A DNA stretch of 55,708 nucleotides, filler included, from Sphacelaria rigidula (Eukaryota), in the NCBI GenBank assembly GCA_964200075.2. It is 3 parts of 3 records of this genome, joined end to end, with 100 filler letters (N's around TTAATTAATTAA, not from the genome) between each part and the next. Parts side by side here need not be neighbours in the genome. Positions count along the whole stretch, not along the records: positions 18,605 to 37,108 come from CAXNAA020000848.1; 2 more parts are not named here. One strand, given 5' to 3'. Made by a program: the position numbers and the translations under genes. The stretch's first letter is position 1; each line of letters starts with the position of its first letter. Shown here in pieces: positions 23,205-36,511 of this stretch. A model generated the notes under the pieces. That model searched no databases and was not told where the DNA came from. It saw nothing but the letters and a program-made list of their open reading frames with translations.

Positions 23205-24861
23205 TTAAATGTCGTCAGCGGTCGGTACTTGTATTGACCTGGAAGTTCTTGAGGTATTTCACATTTTACTCGTTTTCAATGTAAGCGTGGCTGCGTTGAT
23301 CCGCCGGTTCGGGGAAATTACTTCGTGTCTTGATACCACAGGAACACTCACTTCACTTTGCATGTTAATGCTGCATTGCATGACTAATCGGATGATCGCA
23401 CGCCGCCAGTGGTGGAAATATAACATCGAGCTGTACCATATACCTTCCACAACAGTAGTAGTAGTACAACAGTAAACCCCACCGTCTCCCAAACTATCGC
23501 TTAACTGTTCTGAGATACGCTGACTGAGAGCGATATTTCAACCAGAACAACCCTTTTTGTGGTAAGGCCACCACTACCTGCAGCTGTAATGAACAGATGA
23601 CATACCATGCCAACAGGGGGCAAAGAGGCTCGGCCTTCGTGCCGTATTCATTTTCCAAGAAAAACCCCTGCGACGGTGTCCTGTTGTCCGCGGTTGATCG
23701 CGGGGTTTATTTCGGAGCAATTTCCATTTTATCTTGAAGTGCGTCTTTTCATCCCTTCGTTTGTAATTTGGTCAGGGTCATACTGTACCGTACCATCTAT
23801 ATTTCGGCTTCTATTACTCCTGTCAGTGTACAGTAATATATGGAAGCGACGGAGTGCACTTCGCTGTATTGTCTGCGCTGCACTATGCTACATCGCACTG
23901 TACTGTTTTTTCCACCAAGCCGCGGTGCAGAGATGACAAGATGTCTCGGGCCAATGTGGCGGCTGGCTCCATGTCGTCGGGCAAATGAGGGATGAATAAT
24001 GACATATATCACCCATTACCCTAAAACGCCTCACGGGCAGTTCAGCATCCGATTTTTCGTTCTCTCCGGAAAACATCTCGTGGGTGCAATTGCTCGACAT
24101 CTGTTCGGCAAAGTTTTTCGGTCGACATAACAGGCATTATCAGGCCCCTCCGCGAGTATTCTTCACTAGGAGGAGACGTCTAACCTTTCAGCTGGCAATT
24201 GTGAGTGCAAGGTGAATATTCCCGTCGTCATTGTCGTTGTTGTTGTCGTTGTTGTCGTCATTCTGGCTGCTCTGTTCTTCCATCTCCTGGTTGCGTGTTC
24301 GTTTCCACATGCCACCACCCCCCTGCTGTGCTGACTGCTGCTGTGTCTCCTGTGTTGTTTGATGATACCCCGGAGAGAAAGCAAGAAATTACAGGGAAAG
24401 CTCACGGAAACAGAAAAAGCAACAGACCGTTATTCACATAGAAAAAATGCCTTCTCGCACGTGGTACGGGTGAGGGTTGCACTTTTGGGTTGCGCCGCTA
24501 TTGTGATCTGCATTTGTCGGCGGGGGAAGGTGGTGGGGAGCGCTCATGCTTCCTTGCTGACAAGGGCTCTAGCGTCCAAGTTTATTGTCTGAGGGGCACC
24601 GGGACATTCTGTTTTTTTCGCTCGGCAGCCGGCCTATAATTTTGTGTCTCAGTCGATTGTGGAAAACTGATTGCATGGTTGTCTAGATATAGAACTGCTG
24701 CTTTCGAACGCTTGTGGTTCAAACACTGGCGCGTTGTGCACGCCCCGCTTTTACTACTCCCGCCACACCAACCACAGATACGCTCAAAGCAGATAGGCCT
24801 CACCAACAATTTAGCGTAGTTCTGGGCTTGAGTGTCAAACACACTGGGCGATCGTATCATA

Positions 24862-25059
24862 ATGAGCGGTGGCGAAATGGATCCGACACTGGCTTCCCTG
24901 CCGCCCACCGCACCCGGGGGGGCGGAGATCGGAGCCAATATAAATAACCGGACTGACACGATAGATGAATCAAGCATCGGAGGGCCTTCAAGGCTCAAAC
25001 TCAAGATTCAACCTTCTCCACCGCAGTACCCCTACGCCGACACGTGGTTTGGCGTCGAG
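24862..25059 (+). CDS. WYKDEGG-motif protein, exon 1
   Basis: ATG 24862, 66 codons ending LKLKIQPSPPQYPYADTWFGVE, donor GAG|GTGAGG (phase 0). Confidence 0.75.
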
Positions 25060-28000
25060 GTGAGGAGAGCACCCGGAGTTGGTGTTGACGCTATCGTTTG
25101 GGTTCATCATACTGTACTGCTGCACAATGAGTTTTTATTGACACATGAGAATGTATGTACGTGTCTTGCTTTTTCTCCGCGCCTATTGTTGCCAAAAATG
25201 CCAGGAGTCATCATCAGTGTTTCCAACAGTAGACACAAGACACTGATATACAGTACAGTACAGTCGGTACAGTACAATCCGATAGTACATTCAGCGTAGA
25301 ACCAGTTTATACTGAAATGCCCTGTACTGCGCTGTCGTGTATCCATCTCATCCTGTAACGTATTTTGTTTCGTTAGTGAAACTGACCACGCCCCCCTTTC
25401 CCCCTTCCTTCCCACAAGAAATATTGCGTGAATTCCCTACGAAAAGTATTGCGTGGATTCGGCAATACTTCTTTGCGTGTCTGCCATGAGCTTTGATATT
25501 CGTCTCAGATGTGAAAGTAATCTCCGTTTTTTTACGGAGAAAGTTGCGGATAGTTTTTTTTGCTCATTGCCTCTTGTTACAGTACAAAGTACAACGCACG
25601 AGAGAGCACCCTGGCCCTCGTGCCCCACGCCCTCCCTGCGTACATACATCTACCAGTGTCGGATTCACCAGTGATTTATCCCCGTTACAACTGTGAGGAT
25701 AATCCACCCTCACGTCATTGAGACGCAATGGCGCAAAACCAGTGTTGTAGGCTCTGTCCAACGATGTCAATATCTACCAGATGTCGCTGTTTGGTTAGGT
25801 TTTGGGCCATGTGCTTTTTGGTGGTTTAGCGGACACGAACGAATTTGGCCTCTTTCGATTCCGGCACATCACGGCTAGTTCTTCCGCCTCCCGGATCTGA
25901 TTTGTGAGCACTCAGACAGTGAATCGCACAGCTGATTTGTGTTGTCGAATAGCTATCGCTGTTGCCATGTGTATCGCACGTACAATCATGTGGGTACGTG
26001 AACTGTCTGAGCAGCTCATGCACATTGGTCAATCTCTGTCCTATTTTGTAACCTCTCCGTGCGGAGAGGATAAGGGCACATCCATATTTGTTACAGTCTT
26101 CCGTTGTCCTCGCGAAATGTGCCCGAACGTTGGAAACAGCAGTTACTTTGGAGAAGCAAGAGTGATCAGCTAGAGATGCGCAACATGGCCAGTCCTTGCT
26201 GAGTTTTATTCTTCTTGCTTGCCTGAACCGTTGTGCGAGCAAGTCAGGCAGCCAAGTTCATACGACGTACTAACCGGTTTGGGTGATCGCCTGCCCACAT
26301 TTGGGTAAATATCCCGCAACTTTCCACTACGGGTGACACCCCCATGCATTTTGAAAAGCACCTCATTACCACCACCGCTCTACAAAAGTTGTCCGACTTT
26401 TCCTCCGAGCCTGTGAAAGGTTTCCCACCTGTTTCTGCCTGTTTTAGGATATTTGCACATCTAAAATCAAAATTTACTACAACATACAAGGATGGAGTCT
26501 TGTTGTAGGGCGAACCTCCACTGGCGTCATACTGTCCCTATGGTCAATGCACGTGTTGAAGCAATTTGGAACGATAACCACGAAGTTTGGCGGGAGAAAT
26601 TTGCTGTGTGTCGTCTGGTGCATTACGGCTACGATGTAGATGGATGTAGATGGCACTCAACCGACAGTGTCGGAAGGGGTCAGAAAACTGGGCTGTACCA
26701 CCGTCACACAAAAAATAGTGCACATGCTCCATCTTCCAACTCCCAACTCTCTGTTTTTACGTGAAGATGCAAAGGTATTCCCATGTTTGATTTGGTCAAT
26801 GACAATCTGTTGGAAGTGCTTCAGTGGCGCCCGCCCTCCGTCCCTGCTGAGGTGTCGCAGTTGTTTTGTGATGACACGAGAGTTCAATATTCTTCCGTTG
26901 ATGGAAACGAAAGTCGAGTCGAGCCTGATTGCAAGCATTGTGCGGCTGATGCGCATTTATGTTCATTCTTACACATGTGTCTGTGTGCATGTATTACAAA
27001 CAACATTTAGACAAGCTTGTGCACTCCCTTTCCTCCTACATCTGTCGTTTGCGCATGATATTTCCGTTGTCAAAGGAACCAAAGTGCTTGACCGCACCGT
27101 CCAGTCCATGCACCATAGTAGGCACTGCACTGCTTGTAGTGCGAGCTAAATGGCGAGTAGTTGTTCCGTCACGTGTGTGTCGCAATGTTTGCGAAGGATG
27201 ACAGCCACTCCTCCGCGTCTGCCTGCCAACTGTAACTGTTGCCCGTCTTTACACAAACGGTCGACATTTCCGGCCGTGGGTGTCCAGAGTAGGTGGAACT
27301 TAGCTGCAAACTATGAGTGCTGTCCGGAATGATCTGCGTTTCCAGCATTTCAGCGTCACGAAGGACAGACCAAACGAGTGCCCCGACACTTGCATGCGAC
27401 AAACATGAGCACAAACTCGACACGCAAGACAGTCTTGAAAAGTTGACAGCACGGTCCAAATTGCAAAGGTCACTTTGTGCCGCTACGAAAAAAATCAGCA
27501 AAATCAGCTGGATTTTTTTTTCTGATATTTTTCGGAGAGATTTCTCGAACACCGTTTCTGTTCTTGTGGCCCGATTTGTTTGATGAAAATGGTTGGGCCA
27601 AGTGAAGGTTTTCTCAATGTAGGCCATATATCGTACATTCAGTATCAGCGATGCTCACACTTCCCAAAGGTGACGGGAGAGTTGTGCGGCTAATCGCTGC
27701 ACCCGAACACCCATCCATGTATGCGCGCGCGGTGGGTTGGGAATATGGGATCTCGACATTCTTTTTGAAGGTCTAACGAGCTCATAGCAGTTTGGTCGGC
27801 CACGTACACACCAGCTTCACAACAGCATTGCCGTGGGAACCGCGACGGATCAGATTGCCGACGCAAGTAGTATCACATCGTTGAGACCCTGTCTTGGCGT
27901 AGTTTTTTCGATCGAAAAAGTGTGAGGAAAAAAAAATCGAGCTCAGAAAATCCCATCTGGTTGGTCGTCAATTGAACATATATGGCGTGGACACACATTA

Positions 28001-31000
28001 CGACCTATCAGGTCTAAATTTTTCTTCTCAGCTGCACCTGTTCGATCGAGAAATTATTCGCCACAGCAAGGGATCGTCGGGGGTTGACGTCGACGGTGTA
28101 TTCTACCGAAAATTGCCGGTTATTTCTGCGCTGCCTCCTGTACGCGTGGTGCAGTGTCCGGCGGCTATGACATAGGGCCTCTGCGCGCAACGATGCATGT
28201 GCTATACTGCGGGTCTCGAATCCAACGATAACTCCAGTCCCACCTCCGACAAGTCACGCCTGCCAGTTACCCTACAAAACTTGAACTCCACATGAGAACG
28301 CAGGCGGTTTTTAACCATTTTTTTAGGAAAAAGGGTTTAATTCGTTAACTACATCATCTCATCCATGATGGGTGAATACCCACATACCGCCCAGGTTGGA
28401 GCAACCCAGATTGAGATTTTTCGATTTTCACGGGAATTGACTCCCATCTGCGCAAAGGTCAGAGGAAACTTGATGCCGTCCTAGTTTGTACGAAGTTGAC
28501 GTACGTACGGGCACGTACGGTGATGAAGCAAAGCGTGTTCGATTTTTTCCAAATCCACAGTAGCAGACAGTCTGATGACTGCAGCCCGTGCCCATCTGCG
28601 CCAGGTATTCGAGCGGCTACGTGACGCACGTTGCACGCACGAGGTTTGACACAGAATCAGTAAGAGGATTGACACCGTACCCTGTAGCGACGGTGACAGA
28701 GTTAGTCAGAAACGGATGAAAAAAGTGTCGCCGTAACGCCATACAAATAGTAATTGTTACTCTAACGGACGGTGATGTACGACACTGTTGTAGTCGTACT
28801 GTACTCACTCTCTGTTTTCATAAACGATGCTGTACCATAATTACCGCTTGTACTGCGATGATGAAGTGTACTGCACTGTACTGTACTGCCCCAGGATACC
28901 ACGCTCCTGCACTGTTGTGCTTGAAGGATTATCCTTCGCCTGCCTGCTCTTCGGCTTCCACCATGATAACAGCGATATCGCACCCGTTCCGAATAAGACC
29001 CTCCGTCTGCAGAACTTTTTCGACGGTGCCCCCCTTGCAAATGTGACTCTTGCAAATCTGAGGTACCTCGATTTCGTATAGATTTGGGGGATGGATCCTC
29101 GTAATAACTGATCTAACGTACCACGAATGCTCGTGTTCAGCCGTGGAGACGGGAGTATTAACGTGGAGAATTATTTCGTCAAATCATTTACCCTCTTGTC
29201 TTCAAATGGTCATCGAAACTCTCTCGGCGTTTGCGATGGGATACCTTCAATCCGAGCAAGTTGCCTACATTTCCCTGTCGCACATTTGATCTACCGTGAA
29301 TTTCCAAAATATTGACTCTTGTATAGGGTATGGCAGGGTAGGCAGGTGCTCATGAATCGGATGCCGCTCCTTGTTTCTCGTCTAGGGACCACTCGGTTGC
29401 GTAATCTCCAAGGCTTTCCAAGTGCTTTTGTCACGTAGAATTACACCCTGCTCTTGTGAATCATTTGTGACTTGAGCACCTCCGGGCAAACTATTCCATT
29501 TTCAACTCCAACGACAACGGCGAAGTTCGCGAGGAACGTACGTCCTGTCTGCATTATTAAAAAAAAATCATGTGTCGTTCTCGTCGTTCATCGTGCTCGA
29601 GTTTCCGCACGAAGAAAATCCCACGGTTCAACTGGTATCCACGGTCGTATACCAAAAGTGCTGTGGGCAAGCTTCACTTCGAAATGGACATTGCGGTACC
29701 TGAAATTCACCTCGACCAATTTGAGCCCACAGGCTGTGTTTTGATGGATTTGCCGGTACCTTTTTACTCCTCTGATAAATGTGGAACATGTTATTACAAA
29801 CATCTACAGTTGTAAATGTGAAGAATTGTCAAGACTTCCCCGACACTGATCGCTTTTGGTGGATACTGGTTCCTGATGTTCATTTATCCGCCACGAAAAC
29901 AGTACACAAGTACGGTACTCCTTGAACTCTTTGGTACGCCGTGTTCCACTACGACTTCCAATGCCCACAACCTGCTCCAGCTTCAACTCCAGTAGTCGGC
30001 TGTGATCACCAATTCGCGACGTTCCGCGCGAATACTACCATCACCTATTTTTGCCGTGACACTTAGTCCCATTCATGACTCGCTTGTCATACTCCGTGGT
30101 GGTTCTGGACTGGTGGTTGATTCCACTCTTTCGAATTTGCGCGGTGTAAGTCCGAGGACGCCCCGAGAAAACGTATTCTCGTTTCCCTTTACCCATATTC
30201 TCACAATTTAGACTGGATGCTTTCCGTCGGTTGGATAGTCCGCATTGGATCCATGAATGGCCTCAAGCTGTGCACAAGTTGGTTCAGCGATACCGCGGTA
30301 GTCGGGCGTCATGCTCTACGAGCTGGGCCAGCCGAAGAGTGAATTTGTAGTTTGCAGGGCCATTAACCGGCCAATATTTAGAGCGGGACCCAGAACTTTG
30401 AAATGGACATCGAATAGAGCATAATAGGGCATTCTACTGAAAACTGATTATTGCCCTTAACTCATGGAAGAAAAAAAATGTTGTGTGCACTGGTATTTGT
30501 TTTATGCCCGATTCATTGTCCATACCATATTTCAGGGTCCAATTCTAAATATTCGTCGGTTAATGGTAAGTTCAGTGACGGGGTCAGAAGAAATTCGGAA
30601 CAGTATTTTGCAGGCCGCTTACCGGCCCCCGTTTGGTGGTTGTGTATTGAAAATTTGTGTGGGCCGTGGCTAGGGCATAGCTGACATTGACAAAACAAAG
30701 TTGGTCGGGTTTTTTTTTCACTGGTTGAGGGCATTTTAGTATGGAAACCATAATCTTTCTCGAGAACGCCCGAACCTCTCCCAAATAACATTAATTGAGT
30801 GCCCATTTTGTTTTTATTAAGCATACCTCTGTGGTTCTCCATCCCGAGTTTCAAATCACAACTCTCAAAATTGAGCTAAAAAATTGACACAAGGCCGAAG
30901 AGCAGTGTTCATTTCTCCTCAAAACTGCCCTAGAAACGGAGAAAACACTGGAAAAAAAGACGGAAAACAGTGAAGAAGCTGTTTATTTCATCTTTTTTAT

Positions 31001-32159
31001 GCACGGTCGATTCTCCATACGAAAGTCACAGCACGACTCTCGAAAACTGAGACGCGATATCCAGATTTAGTTCATCTAGTGCCCCTGCTCGTAATATGTA
31101 GATTTTAGTATGGAAAATTATGTGAGCCATATCTCGAGATAGATGACGAATCAGGTAAAGGTGAGGGAAACAGGCAAGGTTGGTTGGCAGTTTCATTTTT
31201 TCACCTTTTGCTGTGCTCTCCGCACGGGGGCGGCGGGGGGCGAAGTGTATGGTTTGTAAATCTGGTGGGCCCGCGAGCTCAGGTGCCAACCATTGGTCTG
31301 CGGTCGTGCCATGACTCGTGCTGCTGTGCCTCTTTTATCACTCTTGACAGTCAGGGTGGGTCATCTGGGCATTGCATCCATTTTTCAAGTGAATATGACG
31401 CGGATTCATCAGCTTGCCCACTCTGGCGGCCGATGGTTTAATGCGGACGCTTGTTTTATCTCCGGTCGAAGACGGAGATGATTGACGTTTTTTTCCCGGA
31501 TCGCGGAGTCGGGGCAGAGATCGAGAACTGTCATGGGCTTTAGCCCTGGTGCGAGGCATTACATCTGATCCTTATGTAGCCCTGTTTGCGTTGAAATTTA
31601 GCAAGCAAGGGCTGTAGCGCTTGGCATTAATACTCTTAATCCAAAACTTGACGCGACAAGACGTAACTGCTGTTGCTGTCGCGATGCTAACGCAGCGCGT
31701 GTTTTCTCCGTATAATTGCGTATCCGTTGCTTCGAATAGGGTGGATTTACGTGCGCACTATTCTTGCTGTCTCCGCTGCTCCCCAAACGATGTGTTCCTC
31801 TTGGTGATTATCAAATTTGCCTAGGTTATGAGGAAGTACACTTTTTTCTCCTGCCTTGCAGCTCAAATCGTTCTGGAACGCTTCACCTTCCTCCCCTCCC
31901 CCTCCCTCCTCTTTCCACGCTGTAAAGCATGCCCCTCACTGCGTAAGCTAAGCAACCAGGGTAATCGGGATGGTGGTCGAGTTCATATGATCATGTGCGG
32001 GGTAGAGAACATCAATTCCGTTCAAGGGGGATGATCATACTACGTTGTGTTTAAGTGACAAGACACCCACTAGGTCGTGAAATCCGTGGGTGTCTCCGGA
32101 CGTGGCGATACCGAAAAATGAAACAACTCTTTGGAGGCTGTCATACATATGCATGGTAC

Positions 32160-32365
32160 TCAGTGGGCTTCGGGCTGAGGCATCGTAGCAGGATGCAGGT
32201 CACTCCTCATACGACTTGCCAAACCCAGCATGGCGCTTCGCGCTTAGTGATTGAGAGTCTGGTCCGGCAAACACCCAGCGTGCTCTGTCTCGGCTTTGTA
32301 GGGATGCGAAGTCAACGGTCTTCATGAGTACGGCATGCAGTATCATGAGTACACCCCCGCCACCC
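32160..32365 (-). repeat. Reverse copy of the 17993-18190 repeat, abutting the exon 2 acceptor
   Basis: gcttcgggc..tagcaggatgcag.tcac..ggcgcttcgcgctt.gtga..cggctttgtagg.atgcga.gtcaa.ggtc..tcatgagtacacc. Confidence 0.75.
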
Positions 32366-32391
32366 TCCCTCCCTCCCTCCGTGGACAAAAG

Positions 32392-32539
32392 GTGTATGTT
32401 GTGGACCAACACGAGAGCTTGCAGCGAGGAGAAGAGATACCGCTGGAGGTATCGCTGTCAAACTACGTCTCTTCCGCCCCTGTGCCGCCGGGGGTATTGG
32501 TGGTGGAACCTGCGGGGTCATCCATCAACCCGAAGTCAG
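32392..32539 (+). CDS. WYKDEGG-motif protein, exon 2
   Basis: aag|GTG (phase 0) VYVVDQHESLQRGEEIPLEVSLSNY..INPKS G|gtaaaa (phase 1). Confidence 0.75.
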
Positions 32540-33904
32540 GTAAAACAGCCTGTTGTCTTCGCCGTACCTGTAGCAGCGCTTACCCGTGTAGTTTACGGGA
32601 GCAGAGAGGGGGCGACGGGGGGGCATTCATGTGAAACGCGAGGCCCTTACACATGTGCGAATCGAGTTCGGAGTTCGACAGCGTGAGAACTGACTGAATC
32701 TAATGCCGATTCCACAAATGGACACGTCCGGTGGTTACAGGTTTAGCTGCGAGAGTGGTCCATCTGGATCATGCATACTTGTTTCAAGTGGAATTAAAGC
32801 CGATTCAACCGATGATCTATGCCCGCCGTCATAAAGGGTTAATCTCTGAGTCTTGCCCGGAAGATTAGGGATTCTGGTTGAGTCGTGTGTGTGCGACGCG
32901 GTGCGAGAATAATCTTGGACTCATTAGCCACTTGTTTGCTTCTCGTGCAAGCTTTTGCTTTTTTGCGACCGTAGATGAGTTAGCGTTTGCCGTTGCGAAT
33001 TTGGCCTGCTCCTGTGGCTGTTGCCGTTTTGCAATTGACTCTCTTTCTCTCGCGTGCCGTTGGTCCTTGCCGGTTGTCGAGCTGTGACTTGTTTCCAGCT
33101 CTCATGAGCAACTGCATGAACTTGGAACCTGTGAACCATGGATGCAGTCGGTGGGGCATTTTTTGTAAGGAGGGAAAGTCGTTATCAATCTTTGTAGTTA
33201 TGTACAGCGGCACGGCGGAGTTCTATCATGTGCTTCGGCTAATGCTTGCCTGATCACTGATACTGTGTCTTCGTTTGGTCACATGTAGCGGGTGGACGTA
33301 GCCCTAGCGTGAGGGGTGGGGCTTGCTCTTTCACGGTTCTGGCATTTGACAAATTAGAGTTTCTCAGTGTTCTTGTGCCGGAGGGTGGCGAAGGGGTGTG
33401 TAGATAGGTGGATCTTTCACCATATTCTGGTGACCCCGTAGAAATGGCAGGTGTCGGTGCTCGCTAGAGTGTGATGGGGTATTTCAAATCGGCATGCTCA
33501 TGCTACAACTTGTTGGATGGGTGAGTGGGTCGGGGGACATGGCTGGGGACAGACGCCATTGGCATGGGTATCCATTTGAGTCAGGTCGGGGCCATGTTTG
33601 CGTGTGGCAGAAATGTCAGGTCAGAGCATATTTTTGTGGTGAGCAGTGTAGTAGACATGACGCGGTCGTTGGCTTTTACCGTTGGTTATAGTTCGTTTCG
33701 TGAGGGTGTGGTGCGCTGTAGGGATGCTCATCGGGCGCAACAGTGGGCCGAACATGATGTTGACATCGATGTGTACGACTGAATCAATACGTCGCCGACC
33801 CCTCTACGATGCCAACATAACTCGGTCTGAGATGATGAATGACGGAATCGTATTTGTCGATTTTCTTTCACAATATTCTACAATTGATGATGCATTGTCT
33901 CCAG

Positions 33905-34034
33905 GGCAATGCGCGATGCGCGTAAAGATTTGCGATGACAAGAACTCGATGGAGCGGCGGCGGTTTCGCATGAAAGTGGAAGCGGCAGGAAGGCCTGACA
34001 TCGAGCCGGCGATTACGGAGAAGCTGACTGTCGT
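33905..34034 (+). CDS. WYKDEGG-motif protein, exon 3
   Basis: ctccag|GG (phase 1) QCAMRVKICDDKNSMERRRFRMKVEAAGRPDIEPAITEKLTV GT|gtgaga (phase 2). Confidence 0.8.
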
Positions 34035-35036
34035 GTGAGAATTCTAACTTAGTTGTGCTGTTCAGCGCAGGCCTGAGAGCCAGTTAGAGCCAGTCAGAGC
34101 CCATTGCTGTGTGCCGCATCTGGTTGAGAGCTCCGTCTCGTACTTCATCATGTTCGTCAGATATATCTTTACGGCTCTATCTTACCCGCCTAGCCCTTAT
34201 CAATTCCGTCACTCGACTGACCGAGACCCACTTAGTTTCACATATGTGAAAAGAGACTTGCTAGGGAAACAAAATCATGACCATTACCCCAAAAACGCTG
34301 GCTTATGGTGGCTGTTCATCAGGTTTGTAGCTCGAGACTGAAAGAAGCATTGAACTTTCGTTCTTTGAGACACATGCCAACCATATAGGACAGACAATAG
34401 TGCCGTTGGATGAAGGCCTCGAAGACGGTTAGAGCCAGTTGTGGACTTGAACTATTGGATCATGACAGCAAGAAATGCGCGGGTTTTGTGTGGCAGATAG
34501 TTGGATTTTGCTCTCGAGTTTTCTTGCGACGATATTCCTGGCCCCTTTTCCATGCTCGTCAACGAACCCCAGCATATGCGACTATGTGTCCCACAGCAAA
34601 ACGTTCCATAATCGGTGTCGCTGATTTAACGTATCAATCTCCGTCCACAATACCCTGGTTATAATGACTCCCACTCGGTATACATAGTGCAGTGACACAT
34701 ATGTGACACGAGGGTATCGATGGTCGAGGGGTGGAATCACAATCAGGGGGCTAGCGTTGTGGTTCGAAAGTACTGCTCAACTTCGCGGTTATGGCCCGAT
34801 TGAAGGTTTGCGTCCATCTGATAACAATTATTAGGCACATGCATCCATACTTCATGTATGAAATGTAGCTCATATATATATATGACGATATGTTACGAAA
34901 ATGGTTGACCGCGTGTCGAAACTGATCGAGTAGATATCGGGGCGGTACTGACTGTTGTACTGTTTTATACTGACCCCAGTAAACTGCTGTTCAGTGAACT
35001 ATTGTGCTGACCGTTATAGGGTATGGTGCTCATGAA

Positions 35037-35452
35037 CAGTAGACCCAAAGAAATGATCGTACACAATGGTTGGCACTCGATTTTACCACGGGTTCGCGAG
35101 ATAGGACTAATGTGCGGAAATAATAATAATACAATGGTCGGACTGAAGAAAGTTCTGACAAGAGTTATGTTTTGGGCCAGGTGAGCAGTAAACCAAGCTC
35201 ATCCAGAACGTGTTTTCGTCCATAAGCGGCTCCTGGGCGTCGATTTGAGATCTGCCAACGCACGCTTTGCCCAGGGAATACGTTGCACCCCCCTTGTCCG
35301 AGGGTTCTCGTACGCCTTGGGTCGGGGTCGGGGTTAGCGTTAGCGTTAGCGTTAGCGTTAGCGTTAGCGTTAGCGTTAGCGTTAGCGTTAGCGTTAGCGT
35401 TAGCGTTGACGGCACCTCCTTAGTGCCAACCATTGTGTACGAACATTTCTTT
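35037..35452 (-). mobile_element. Subterminal-inverted-repeat element, copy C, with (GTTAGC)12 and an embedded retroposon tail
   Basis: 31-bp inverted repeat with one mismatch at 35047-35077 / 35422-35452. (GTTAGC)12 at 35333-35404. (AAT)n-tailed motif at 35085-35130. Confidence 0.8.
35333..35404 (+). repeat. (GTTAGC)12 telomere-like microsatellite
   Basis: 12 perfect hexamers, one base different from TTAGGG. Confidence 0.97.
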
Positions 35453-36414
35453 AAGGTGCCCTCCTCGTGAAGCCCAACGCATGCTGACTGCACAAGCACG
35501 GAATCGAAGACTGCGCAACAATTACCGTGATTCAGCCTGTAGTGTGATAGTTCAGCGGATGCCGCTGCGTCTGTCATGTCAAATGCTAGAACATGCTCTC
35601 TTTTTTCCATGCTCACCTATTGGACAAAAGGCTCATGAAGCCGTAATTGAAATCGGAGGCTACTTCTCCACTTCCGAGGCGTTTGCGGTGTAGCTGCCCC
35701 TACCTGCAAAACAGGAAAGTGAAGCAAGATTTGTTCCCTGTTTCGACAACAGTCGACGTTAGACGGGCATCATTGCTGGAGGAAGTGTTATTCAGCGTGT
35801 ACTCTGATTGCACTAGTGAGGGCCGTTTGGGGTTTCATGATTGCAGCTGTGAGGTGGGAAATACAAACCAATGCGTTGTTCATGGCAGATGGTGCTTGAT
35901 TGGTGACGCTATGCAGGTCGAAAGCCAGCTTGTCTGACGAGTGCCGGTGCTCAAAATCTTTCCGGAGTACTCCCGGAAAATCGAAGAATGCCTTATAGCT
36001 CAACTGGCCCAACCTCCGCAAAAGGCGTCACGCCACACGCCCTGTCCGAAATCATGTTCGTCTGCTGTTGCGCGGCCCGTTCTGTACCGCGCTGTTCACC
36101 GTGTTTCGCAAATACTCCATTGAAGTTGCGGGTGAGTTGACGAGCGTGATCGTTGATAGCGGACGACCGTCGTGGTACTGCTTGGAGTCTCTCGGTTTGC
36201 TGTATGCTCCTCAGGAGATTTTGTGGCGAAGACTAGCCCTCCAAGTGGCTGAGATCATGTTGTTTGGAGTGCCCGTCGCTTGTTGGACGCGAAACTCTTG
36301 TGTCCCGTATCCACAACACCTGGAAATATTTACGGTACGAAGTAAGTGCCTTTCTTTTTCTTCTCCTGCTGTTCGTTCTGCTCTCTTTTCTGGGCGGGGG
36401 TTTCATTCGAGCAG

Positions 36415-36511
36415 TCGCAATCGTCTAGAGATCAGGGAAAATCCCGACAACCCGGTGCCGGATCAATGGTACAAAGACGAGGGAGGCAGGGAGAACTGCG
36501 TGGAGCTTCAG
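36415..36511 (+). CDS. WYKDEGG-motif protein, exon 4 (gene continues; later exons not found)
   Basis: gcag|T (phase 2) RNRLEIRENPDNPVPDQWYKDEGGRENCVELQ|gtgtga. Confidence 0.85.

Noticed and set aside
25904-26173. IMWVRELSEQL as a copia RNase H remnant
   Set aside because: Single short motif; the flanking conserved residues are absent.
26657-27150. Possible decayed piggyBac transposase C-terminus on the minus strand (and a similar hint at 28900-29090)
   Set aside because: Multiple stops and no intact catalytic motif; cannot be supported without a search.
29804-29986. Chromodomain-like LEQVVGIGSRSGTRRTKEF
   Set aside because: Lacks the aromatic-cage residues and any integrase context.
35107-35616. 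ORFs with (TL)n or (SV)n runs
   Set aside because: Translation of the (GTTAGC)12 microsatellite.
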